Origin: Chiloscyllium plagiosum
Taxonomy: Eukaryota
Reading direction: 5' to 3'
Length of the DNA: 64,000 nucleotides
Assembly (NCBI RefSeq): GCF_004010195.1
Contig: NC_057729.1
Coordinates: 45,982,241 to 46,046,240, forward strand
The notes beneath the pieces are model-generated. The model did no database searches. It had not been told where the DNA came from and was given only the letters and a program-made list of their open reading frames with translations. The position numbers were made by a program, and so were the translations under genes. Position 1 is the first letter of the stretch, and each line of letters begins with the position of its first letter. Shown here piece by piece: positions 14,105-24,495 of this stretch.

Positions 14105-14619
14105 AAAAAAACCACCAGGAGCAAAAATGTAGTGTTTCGATTTTTTTATTCCCAACGTATCTCCATTTGAACTTTTTGATACAATTACCCAAATTTTCAT
14201 TTGTGTAATATCTTCCATTTGGGAAGCAGTTTAACTCCAAGTCTTAGTTGGGAACAGATTATCTGTCCAACCCAAACAAGGTCACCCAGATGGAGGAGAT
14301 GTGGCTAATGGTGAGAGTGCTGAAGGGACGTACAGATTAAGGTTTACCATGTTTCCATTACAGTCAAATGACAGATACATGCTTAATAAGTACTTTACAC
14401 TTGTACCTGAAAACACACCTTCCCCACCCCACTAGGATTCTGGCCTGGATCAAGGTCTAGACTCTGAAATTTTTTATTTAGCATTCTTTTCACAGTCTTC
14501 ACAAGAGGACTCACAAGCTCCTTTCTAAAATCTTTCTGATCAGTATTAACATCCTCCCTCACCAGACTAAAATGCAACATCTGTGGCTGATGTGATTATC
14601 AGCAATATTGAAGTAAAGT

Positions 14620-14868
14620 AGGAGTTCTTGTGGTGCAGTGGTAATGTACCTACCTCTGGGCTAGGAAGCTGGGTTCAAGTCCAACCTGTTCCAGAGGTGA
14701 GTGATAATATCTCTAAACAAGTTGATGTAAGGCAAATGTGAGGCTGTTGTAAGGAGTTTGTGTTGCAGTGATAGTGTTTCCATCTCTGATCCAGGAGGCC
14801 TGGGTAAAAGTGCCATGTCTTCTAGTGCATGTAATAACACCTTTGAACAGGTTGATTTAAAAATCTCT
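14620..14868 (+). mobile_element. Tandem pair of ~115-bp tRNA-derived short SINE units
   Basis: Two units 'tgtggtgcagtggta...ctgggttcaagtcc...ctctgaacaggttgatt'; the same pair recurs at 23165-23416. Confidence 0.75.
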
Positions 14869-14934
14869 ATTGAGGAGGTCCCCCATACAAATTAGGAGTA
14901 AGCCATTTGGATATCCTAGCCACTGTATTAGATT

Positions 14935-15563
14935 CATAGATTCATAGAGATGTACAGCATGGAACAGATCCTTCGGTCCAACCGACCAGATATCCCAACC
15001 CAATCTAGTCCCACCTGCCAGCACCCAGCCCATATCCCTCCAAACCCTTCCTATTCATATTCCCATCCAAGTGCCTCTTAAATGTTGCAATTGTACCAGC
15101 CTCCACCACATCCTCTGGCAGCTCATTCCATACACGTACCACCCTCTGTGTGAAAAAGTTGCCCCTTAGGTCTCTTTTATATCTTTCCTCTCTCACCCTA
15201 AACCTATGCCCTCTAGTTCTGGACTCCCCGACCCCAGGGAAAAGACTTTGCTAATTTACCCTATCCATGCCCCTCATAATTTTGTAAACCTCTATAAGGT
15301 CACCCCTCAGCCTCTGACGCTCCAGGGAAAACAGCCCCAGCCTGTTCAGCCTCTCCCTATGGCTCAAATCATCCAACCCTGGCAACATCCTTGTAAATCT
15401 TTTCTGAACCCTTTCAAGTTTCACAACATCTTTCTGATAGGAAGGAGACCAGAATTGCATGCAATATTCCAACAGTGGCCGAACCAATGACCTGTACAGC
15501 CGTAGCATGACTTCCCAACTCCAGTACTCAGTACTCTGACCAATAAAACAAAGCATACCAAAC
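14935..15563 (-). mobile_element. Young CR1 (HER1-like) 3' fragment
   Basis: ORFs 15005-15196 and 15251-15556 (LVRPLLEYCMQFWSP, RGDLIEVYKIM); repeated TCATAGA tail. Confidence 0.93.
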
Positions 15564-15979
15564 GTATTCCTGCAGAATTAGGAGTGGATGTTACCTGTTG
15601 TCATATATTCCAGATTGCATCCTCTGATTTGTAATCTGTTCATTTTGATGTAAAACGTTCAATGAGATTGACAGCCACTGGTGAGGCATTATAGCAAAAA
15701 TCAAAATATCAATGGAAACTTAGTAAATGAAAATGGAAATTTTTTAACTCAAAGCAAAATGTTCATCTCCCTGGGTGAAGATGCACCCCTGCCCCTGCCT
15801 GATAGGCCTATACAGTGCAGATTGTCTCTGCAGGTTCTGTGATTGCCATTCTATCCTGAGTATTAGACCAATTGAAAAACCTATTTACTTTATTAATCTA
15901 GCTACTGAGCAAATTTTACCTTCAATCACATTTATCTGATGCTTCAATGGGTGAATAAGGAATGCGGCAGTGATGATTT

Positions 15980-16270
15980 CTTTATTATACGACAATGAAA
16001 AGGTTAACTCCTTGTTATTGTAGTAGAAAGTTAAAATTAACTCCTTATGTCCTTTATTGGAATGAGAAGATGAACTCCTGCTTAGTATTTGGATAAGATT
16101 ATGAACTTTGTATTTAATAGGTTGAACTTTTGTTATTAAATTAGAGTGGAAGGCTTAGCTCCTTGTTACACTGGAATGAGAGGATTAAAATCTTGTCAGG
16201 TTAATGAAAAATGAAGAACTACCCATTATTTTTACTAGAATAAAAATATTAATTCCTCATTATTATGTCA
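15980..16270. repeat. Degenerate ~32-bp minisatellite
   Basis: An AACTCCT-like anchor recurs at 16006, 16039, 16073, 16104, 16125, 16157, 16187, 16217 and 16251. Confidence 0.7.
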
Positions 16271-16937
16271 GTATGTCACCAGTTGTTTATATTACTCAAA
16301 AATATGGGCACTTCTACTGAATTAATTCCTTGTTAAGGTGTCACCTGGGGTTTATTATGCATTTCTGATTGTTTCTTCATATTCTGTAACAAGATCATGT
16401 TTATGTTAGTAAGGCAGACTTACCGAGGTAGAGACCTCACTTCACATGAACACTTTAAACATTTCCATTCTCCTGGTTCTTCAGTTTCTCTGTTCAAACA
16501 GCAAGCAAATCCACAGATTGTGCTTGCCATTTGCTGATATATACCACAGTGAAAAATCCTATTGATTTCTTATGTGCTGCACTATGATAATAAATGTGTA
16601 AATTGGTGTTAATTTGTTTATCAAATCAAATAGGAATGATGTTGTTAGGAAGTTCTGTTGATTTATTAAGTGGATATGAGATTCTTTCACTCCAAAGATC
16701 TTTCCTGTTGTTAAAATTCTGGTGTTCAAATAGCAGCATTCATTCATATGCATTTGAGTATTGAATTTCGTAAAAGGAGCAGAAAAGCCACATGCATGTA
16801 AATGAAACAGTAATGCTTCAAATCCACTTTCCAGTAATGAAATGTTGAAATGTTGTGCCAAATTAAGAGAAAAATAGGCTTCTATAACAGTGAGTATACT
16901 GCTTGGTTTAACATTGTCAGTAGAGTTCAGAATAGGG

Positions 16938-17140
16938 GCCTGAAATGCATTGACTGGGAGGGTAGTTGAGGCAGGAAACCTCATAACCTTTTAAAAAGTA
17001 CTTGAATGAGCACTTGAAGTGCATTAAAATTGAAGGGTATGGACCTTGTGTGGGACTGTGTGACTAGTGTAGGCAGTAGTTTTTTTTTGGTGGTAGAAGC
17101 TTGATGAGCCAAAAGGCCTCTTCCGTACTGTTTGACTCTA
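16938..17140 (+). mobile_element. CR1 3' end
   Basis: 'gcctgaaatgcattgactgggagggtagttgaggcagg...gagccaaaaggcctcttccgtactg'. Confidence 0.7.
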
Positions 17141-17235
17141 GAATTTTTAAGTACAATTTTCAGTCTATGTTACGTTAACCTCTCCTATCTCTGGTTTTGG
17201 AGCCATTGAGATATGGTAGGAAATGTAAAGTGGGG

Positions 17236-17580
17236 GGGATGGGTGATGGTCTAGTGGTATTGTTGCTGGACCGTTAATCATGAAATCCAGATAACATTCT
17301 GGGAAGCTGGGTTCGAATCCTGCAACGGCAGATGGTAGAATCTGAATTCAATAAATATCTGGAATTAAGAATCTAATGATGACCATGAATCCATTGTTGA
17401 TTGTCGGAAAAACCCATCTGGTTCACTAGTGTCCTTTGGGGAAGGAAACTACCATCCTTACCTGGTCTGGCCAACATATAACTCAAGACCCACAGCAATG
17501 TACTTGACTCTTAACTGCCTTCTGGGCAATAAATGCTGCCTAGCCAGTGATGCCCTCTTCCCGTGAATGAATAAAAAAAA
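17236..17580 (+). mobile_element. Full-length tRNA-derived SINE with LINE-shared tail
   Basis: A box TGGTCTAGTGG, B box GGTTCGAATCC, body 'cccatctggttcactagtgtcc...cccacagcaatg', tail 'gggcaataaatgctg...gaatgaataaaaaaaa'. Confidence 0.85.
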
Positions 17581-17944
17581 ATTGAGATTCCTTGCTATTG
17601 ATCATGGTCTGGGAATTGCTGCTGGAAACTACTCATGGGGACTTCACGTATGTGCATGAATGGCCATATTGCTTCCACTCTCATGTGATTTGCTGGTACC
17701 ATGGGATTGTGAGCCAGAATCCTCCAGTTAGGTCATGACTTTGTCTGATATCTAGTCAACAGCAGTTTGTCCCCTGTTCCTGATTGTCATTTCCATTGAA
17801 GCTACAATCACCTCTTCACATTATTGCACAAAGTCAACATTTCACCCTCAACTTCTTTGGGAGGGGAGAAAAGACAGCCAAGAACCTTGCCCAGGGTCTG
17901 GTCATAATAAAATAAATATTTAACTTTATGATAAGTCTGAAACA

Positions 17945-18375
17945 TGAAGAAAGACTGGACTAACTGGGCTTGTACTCACTGGAATTTAGACAAATGACAG
18001 GGGAATCTCAGAGAAGCATATAAAATCCTGATGGGACTGGTCAGGCCAAATGCAGGAAGAGTGTTCCCGATGTTGGGGAAGTCCAGAACTAGTGGTCACA
18101 GTCTAAGAATTCAAGACTGAGATGAGCAAGAATTTCTTCACTCAGAGAATTTGGAACTTGTGGAATTCTCTGCCACAGAAAACTGTTGTGGTCAATTTGT
18201 TAGACATTTTCAAGAGGGAGATGGACATAGCCCTTGTGACTAAAGGGATCAAGGGATATGGAGAGAAAGTGGGAATGGATACTGAGATTACATGATCAGC
18301 CATGATCATATTGAATAGTGGTGCAGGCTTGAAGGGCTGAATGGCCTACTACTGCAACTGTTTTCTATTTTCTGC
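17945..18375 (+). mobile_element. CR1 3' fragment
   Basis: 'gagatgagcaagaatttcttcactcagagaatttggaacttgtggaattctctgcc' plus a CR1-type 3'UTR. Confidence 0.85.
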
Positions 18376-18445
18376 ACCTTTAACACTGATGACCAACCAC
18401 ATGGGCACTGAAACTTAAAATTTACAAGTGTGGGAATTTTTTCCA

Positions 18446-18669
18446 GGAGAAAGTGAGGACTGCAGATGCTGGAGATAGAGTCAAGAGTGTGTTGCTGGAA
18501 AAGCACAGCAGGTCAAGCAGCATTCAAGGAGCAGGAGAATCGATGTTTTGGGCATAAGCCCTTCATCAGGAAAGACTCCTGATGAAGAGCTTATGCCTGA
18601 AACATCGATTCTCCTGCTCCTCGGATGCTGCCTGACCTGCTGTGCTTTTCCAGCAACACACTCTTGACT
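18446..18669. mobile_element. Palindromic PLE-terminus mini-element, family A, two divergent degenerate hammerheads
   Basis: Arms 18479-18571 and 18577-18669 are near-perfect reverse complements. Cores TCATCAG (18563-18569) and CTGATGA (18579-18585). Confidence 0.9.
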
Positions 18670-19569
18670 GGGAATGTTATCCTCCAGATTTGAATTTTTG
18701 ATGATAACCTTTTTAAAAAGTGCTTTTTGTAAACCATTTTTCTGTCTTTTTGATCTCTTCCTCTTAATCCCTTTTCCCTGTCATTATTTTGCTTTCTTTA
18801 AGTGATATGTGGCATTGAACCAAACTGACACATCCTGCTTTAAATGCTATATCCCTGAGAAAGGGTGCTTCTTCACCTTAATTGGTTAATAAGACCACTA
18901 CTCACCCTATTCACCAAAGTCTTCTCGCCCTTGTAGATGGTGTTCAATTAAAATAATTTTCTAATCATAATCCGTTCTTGTATAAAGACCCACAGAAATT
19001 TTGTGAAAGTGTAATGACAGAAAAATGTGGTTATTATTCAGTTGGGCAATATGATAATACTACAAGAAATGAGCACAAAACAGACAAGATCATGAAAGAA
19101 ATAGAAAATTGTGTTGCTGAAATCAGAACTACTCAATGAGTAACAATTTACCATTTTTATAATTAAAAATAGTGCAATCAATTGTCATTTTAAAACCTTC
19201 ACATACAACTTGGTATATTTTTTACCGTAGTTACATTTATATCTATGGGTAATCATATATCTAATTCAGCACTCTACTATGCCTGTGTGCTCAGTGACTT
19301 CATGACTACAATTGAATTAATAGACTGTGGTACACATTGGGCTTTGTTCTAGACTCAGTATGATCTGCAAGCATAGTAATGTTTTTCAATCTTTATTCTA
19401 TGACTTTGCTGTTTTCTTTATGTTGAATTTGTTCAGCCTTTCCGCTGATGGGGCAATTATTAATTGGTAGCTCTTTGTGTTAACACACCATTGACACAAT
19501 GGGATGGCTTTAAAATGGTCAGGTTACTTAGTTATCTGAAAACCGCTCCCCCCCGCCCCCCTCACCTCC

Positions 19570-19695
19570 ATTCCTGAAGAAAGGTTATACCTGCAGCGTT
19601 GACTTCTCCACCTCCTGATGCTGTCTGGCTTGCTGTGTTCTTCCAGCCTCCTGCTTGTCGACTTTGGATTTCAGCATCTGTAGTTTTTTTGTCCT
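19570..19695 (+). mobile_element. PLE terminus, family C, degenerate hammerhead
   Basis: CTGAAGA-A-AGGT-TAT-ACCT-GCAG-CGTT (GAAA mutated), followed by 'gatgctg...ttccagc...cagcatctg'. Confidence 0.75.
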
Positions 19696-20040
19696 TACTC
19701 TATTGAACTGGCAACTTGTGCCCTTTTTAAACTGCAGGTGCCACATTTCACTGATGTAACTGGGACCAGATCGCAATTTTAATTAATGCTTTGTCAAGGA
19801 AACTGGGCCATGTTCAGGCCAGGAGAAGGCTGGTTTCATCTGCCAGGAAGGAGATCCTGATAAATTTATTATTTGTTTTCTCTTTTGGCAGCAGAGGAAA
19901 GCGATGTGTTCTTCCAGACCTTATAATGTCCCTTACTCAGCATCTTCATCACACCCTCCTCACCCATCCCACACCACCTTTCACCTGTGACCCAGTGGAT
20001 GGTGGAAATCAGATCGGTGCGAGTTCAAGCCACGCGCCAA

Positions 20041-20288
20041 AGACAAAAACAGAAATTGCTGGAGAAATTCAGCAGGACTGGCAGCATGGGTGGAGAGAAA
20101 GCAGACTTAACCTTTTGGATCCAGTGACCCTTCTCCAGTACTCTTTAGAACGTCTGAAAAAAGATCTCTGGACCCGAAATGTTAACTCTGTTTTCTCTCC
20201 ACTGATACTGCCAGACCTGATGAGTTTCTCCAGCATTTTCAGAGCTTTGTTTCTGATTTCAAGCATCCACTGTTCTTTGTCTTATTTT
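20041..20288. mobile_element. Palindromic PLE-terminus mini-element, family B
   Basis: Inverted arms around ~20140-20152; right arm contains 'gacccgaaatgttaac'; homologous to 12066-12295. Confidence 0.82.
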
Positions 20289-20289
20289 C

Positions 20290-20900
20290 GTGTCACACTC
20301 CGGAGACTTGGGCTCACAATGCAGGCTGGCAGACTCTGTTGAATTGCTGCAGTTAGAGGTGTTGTATTTTGGGATGCAATGTTAAATCAATGAATTGACT
20401 GCCTTTTCAGGTGCGTTGATTTGAAGAGGTAATTTTGCCCTGTATCCTTTCAAATATTTATCCGCCTTCTAAACCCATCACCAACTCCCATCTGGAAGGT
20501 TAAGGGCAGCAGATGCATAGAACACCACCATCAAAAGTTCCCCTCCAAGCCACTCATTTTCCAGACTTGGGAATATATCACATTTCCTTCAGTGTCACTG
20601 AATCAAAATCCTTCCTTAATAACATAACAGCTCTACCCACAGCACATGGATTGCAGTGGTTCAAGGAGGTAGCTCACCAACGTCTTCTCAAAGGCAATTA
20701 GGGATGGGCCATAAATGATAGCCTATCCAGTGATGCCCACATCAATGAGTGAATAAAAAAACACAATTAAAACAATTATCTAATCATTATATCATTATTA
20801 TTATTATGAAACACTGCATTGTGTTATTTAACATTGGTTAGAATGTGCTTTGGGATACCTGAAACTTATGAATGATGCTTTAGCGATGCAAATCTTTTCT
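20290..20900 (+). mobile_element. Deu-domain SINE split by a LINE 3' fragment
   Basis: Deu core 'gctgcagttagaggtgttgtattttgggatgcaatgttaaatc'; tail resumes after 20760 ('gtgctttgggatacctgaaac'). Confidence 0.55.
20478..20760 (+). mobile_element. 3' end of a CR1/L2-group LINE sharing its tail with the 17236 SINE family
   Basis: 'ggattgcagtggttcaaggaggtagctcaccaacgtcttctcaaaggcaattagggatgggccataaatg...gaataaaaaa'. Confidence 0.7.
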
Positions 20901-20945
20901 TTAATTGAACTCAATATTTCTACAGTTTAGTTGATTCTGCCATCT

Positions 20946-21076
20946 TCATTCGTGATGAAGGGCTTTTGCCCGTAATGTCGATTTTCCTGCTTCTCGGATA
21001 CTGCCTGACCTGCTGTGCTTTTCCAGCACCGCACTCTTGACTCTAATCTCCAGCATCTGCAGTCCTCACTTTTGCC
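20946..21076 (+). mobile_element. 131-bp PLE-terminus element, family A, with 14-bp TSD
   Basis: Flanked by TGATTCTGCCATCT at 20932-20945 and 21077-21090. Starts 6 nt before the degenerate core GTGATGA-A-GGGC-TTTT-GCCC-GTAA-TG-TC. Confidence 0.9.
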
Positions 21077-22176
21077 TGATTCTGCCATCTACCTTATGTT
21101 GACAGATTGCCTTCAGGTCATGGAATTTTCCGATCCTTCCCAACAATTTCCAGCTTAAAATAGGAGAGAAGTCAGTTGTTCAGGTTTAAGTTCACCCCCT
21201 GAGGTAATTTAAGCCTCAATTTCAATTCCACAGCAGTGGTAAATTTTCATTGACCTTCATATACACCTCCCCAAAACCATTCTGGAATTAAAAAATCAGG
21301 GCTCGTGTGTTGGACTGGAAAGAAATTTTACTGACGTGTTCAGCAATAATCTGTATATCACTTGTTATTTTGAGTAAGTGTGCAATGGCGAGCAGTCAGA
21401 GGTAAAAATTAAGGAACTATTTGGTGTGAAATCATGGGAAGCATATTTATGTAAAGCATATTCTGAGTCACTAACAATGTAAAGCAGATGCTTTCGTTTG
21501 TATGATGCAAAATGCACTATTATCACCTTTATGAGTTTCTCTACGAAGACTGTTTATCAGCAGCTATGAAGATACAAATTCGACATGGCGTGGACAAAAA
21601 GAAGGCAAAGAAACATCAAATGAGTACTCCTACTATCAGCATTTCTCTGCTGTTGCAAGAAATTATGATTAAAAAGGAATGCATTCCTTGAAACAGATAG
21701 ATAAGCATATGAGTATTTTATACAGATTCTTTCCCCTGTGTAGCTTTGAAAACTCAGGCTAACTGCCCCATACAGATGAATTCCTTATTGCGAGTTCAGT
21801 TCCTTGAAGGCTTTGCTACATTTTTTGCTCTTCCACCTTCCAAGTTCTGATTTCCATAAAACATGCAGGAGAAGGTGACTTGCCTGACGCCAATTAATTT
21901 GTTACAAAATATGGCAGAGTGTGAGAAGTGACATTATGTTAATATCAGCTGTGTCCCTTTAAGTCATGCATGTCATATACTGCAATCAAATTTCAAACAT
22001 CACCCATTGCCTAAAGTAATTAAAATGCATATCAGTGAAGGATATTGAGCCCCATTGGTTAAGTAACACACAGCAGACTCATATTTAGAACAGAAAGATA
22101 TGTAGGCTAGCTTCATTTTGAGGGACATATTAAATCTTACATGTAATATAGGATGGAAAAGTAGGTATAGGTACTT

Positions 22177-22936
22177 ATAGAGTCATAGAGATGTACAGCA
22201 TGGAAACAGACCCTTCGGTTCAACCTGTCCATACCGACCAGATATCCCAACCCAATCTAGTCCCACCTGCCAGCACCCGGCCCATATCCCTCAAAACCCT
22301 TTCTATTCATATACCCATCCAAATGCCTCTTAAATGTTGCAATTGTACCAGCCTCCACCACATCCTCTGGCAGCTCATTCCATACANNNNNNNNNNNNNN
22401 NNNNNNNNNNNNNNNNNNNNNNNNNNNNNNNNNNNNNNNNNNNNNNNNNNNNNNNNNNNNNNNNNNNNNNNNNNNNNNNNNNNNNNNNNNNNNNNNNNNN
22501 NNNNNNNNNNNNNNNNNNNNNNNNNNNNNNNNNNNNNNNNNNNNNNNNNNNNNNNNNNNNNNNNNNNNNNNNNNNNNNNNNNNNNNNNNNNNNNNNNNNN
22601 NNNNNNNNNNNNNNNNNNNNNNNNNNNNNNNNNNNNNNNNNNNNNNNNNNNNNNNNNNNNNNNNNNNNNNNNNNNNNNNNNNNNNNNGCTAAGATTTGCT
22701 TTCCCAAAATGCAGCACCTCGCATTCATCTGAATTAGACTCCATCTGCCACTTCTCAGTCCATTGGCCCAACTGGTCCAGATCCTGTTATAATCTGAGGT
22801 AACCCTCTTTGCTGTCCATTACACCTCAAATTTTGGTGTCATCTGCAAACTTACTAACTGTACCTCTTATGCTTGCATCCAAATCATTTATGTAAATGAC
22901 AAAAAGTAGAGGACCCAGCAGCAATATTTGTGGCAA
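22177..22936 (-). mobile_element. Young CR1 (HER1-like) fragment spanning an assembly gap
   Basis: Same tail and sequence as 59910-61000; 'WTEKWQMESNSDECEVLHFG'. Confidence 0.9.
22387..22687. other. Assembly gap (N run)
   Basis: 301 consecutive N. Confidence 1.
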
Positions 22937-23164
22937 CTTAAAATCAAAAGAAAACTTTTAGAACTGTATTTTTACAGACATGGGAGTCCTGACCCCATTT
23001 CTCACAAATCCCACTTTTGCCAGCAGAGGAAAGAGGAAAGGACATGATTCACATGGACTCTGTTCTAATTTCAACAGGACTATTTAAACTGAGTGCTGAG
23101 TTCATACTAATCTGTTCTAAGGCCCTTTAACCTGCACTGCCACTGAAGTACCTCTGAGCCAGGG

Positions 23165-23416
23165 AATGGTCTTGTGGTACAGTGGTAGTGTCCCTATCTC
23201 TGAGTTTTGAGAGGTGCATTCTAGTCCCACATGCCCCAGATGTGAGTAAGAACACCTCTGAACAGGTTGGTTAGAAAATATCCACCTCAGAGCCAGAGGG
23301 GTCTTGTGGGACAGTGGTAGTATCCCTACCTCTGAGCCAGGAGCCTAGGCTAAGGTTCTGTCTGGTTCAGAGATGTCCAATGACATCACTAGACAGTTTG
23401 ATTAGAAAATATCTCA
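23165..23416 (+). mobile_element. Tandem pair of ~115-bp tRNA-derived short SINE units
   Basis: Units start 'ggtcttgtggtacagtggtagtgtccct' and 'ggtcttgtgggacagtggtagtatccct'; both end 'ttagaaaatatc'. Confidence 0.78.
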
Positions 23417-24297
23417 ATACGCTTGAAGGATGGACTAACAGTTGTTTAATGAACAGATTTAAAGCATTTTGTGTCCTCTATCTGTTAAACTGTAAAAAAG
23501 TACTGGCTGTAGCTGGCATTAATCACTTAAAATTAAGTCCTTCTGGACTGATTTAATTGACAAGTTAGCTGATCTGATAACTCTTTGAGTAGTTTGATTA
23601 GAATCCTAAATTGACAATTTTCTAAAGATAATTAACTACAAATGCTTGGCTGAGTTTCATGATCCCACATAACTGTTCTACCTTCATAGTGTAATGAGCA
23701 ACTTTAAGAGGCTATTAAAGGATTTTTGGGGAGGTACAAATAGTATGTTTTTAAAACTCTCATTTGAGAAGATTGAAAAAGTTTGTTGTTTTTCTATGTA
23801 AATATTTTTCCCCAACCAAAAAAAAAATCTTGATTACTTTCCTCACTACTATTTGTGGGATGTTTCTTTGAATTAAGTGGCTGCTGCATTTGTCTGTACA
23901 ACAACAGTGACTACAAATGAGAGTATCTCTTTATGTTTGAAGATCTTGAGGGATTTTTAATGATATATGGAGTTATGTCAACCCATGTTTTTCTATAAAG
24001 ATGCTAAGAACAGAATAGGAATAGCCTAAAGAGTAATTTTCTCTCCCATATGGCTAAAACCATGAGGCTAAGAAGTTAAAATGGCTCAAAAGTTAGTGCC
24101 CAATTTCCTGGAGTCCAACATTTTCGCTTGCTTAAAGTGAGGTACATGAGGGCCATCTAATCCAGAGGATCTAGGATCTCTTCTCAATGTCTTCAGCCAG
24201 TAAAAAATACCTTCTAGTAGCAGGGATCTAGACCACTGAAAACTAAGGTTCTTTCTACATATGTTTAAAGGTTCTTTGTTGATGGGGAGCAGGTATG

Positions 24298-24495
24298 TCC
24301 AAAGATGCGTAGGCTAGGTGAATTGGTCATGCTAAATTGCCCATAGCGTTCAGAGATGTGTATATTAAGTGTCTTAGTCATGAAAAATGTAGAGTAATAG
24401 GGGCTGGGTGGGATGCTCTTTGGAGGGTCAGTGTGGACTTGTTGGCGAATAGCTTATTTCCACATTGTTAGGATTCTATGCTTTCTATGATTCTA
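24298..24495 (+). mobile_element. HE1-type SINE, 3' half
   Basis: 'tccaaagatgcgtaggctaggtgaattggtcatgctaaattgccc' plus tail. Confidence 0.8.

Noticed and set aside
14620-14700. Possible tRNA gene (also 13845, 17236, 30113, 50192)
   Set aside because: A/B boxes are present, but cloverleaf stems do not pair and the sequences continue into SINE bodies.
15980-16270. CRISPR-like periodicity
   Set aside because: Eukaryotic context, contiguous degenerate units without unique spacers, and no cas genes.
16424-16558. Possible 135-nt minus-strand exon (IFHCGIYQQ...GEWKCLKCSCEVRSLP) with a good GTAAGT donor
   Set aside because: The acceptor has no polypyrimidine tract, the peptide is not recognisable and no partner exons were found.
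19791-20342. 183-aa ORF
   Set aside because: It runs through a PLE palindrome and a SINE, starts at TTG and has no protein-like motifs.
22191-22802. Long ORFs of 117-203 aa
   Set aside because: Artefacts of the N gap inside a CR1 copy. The gap is also shorter than the ~550 bp expected from the copy at 60310-60860.
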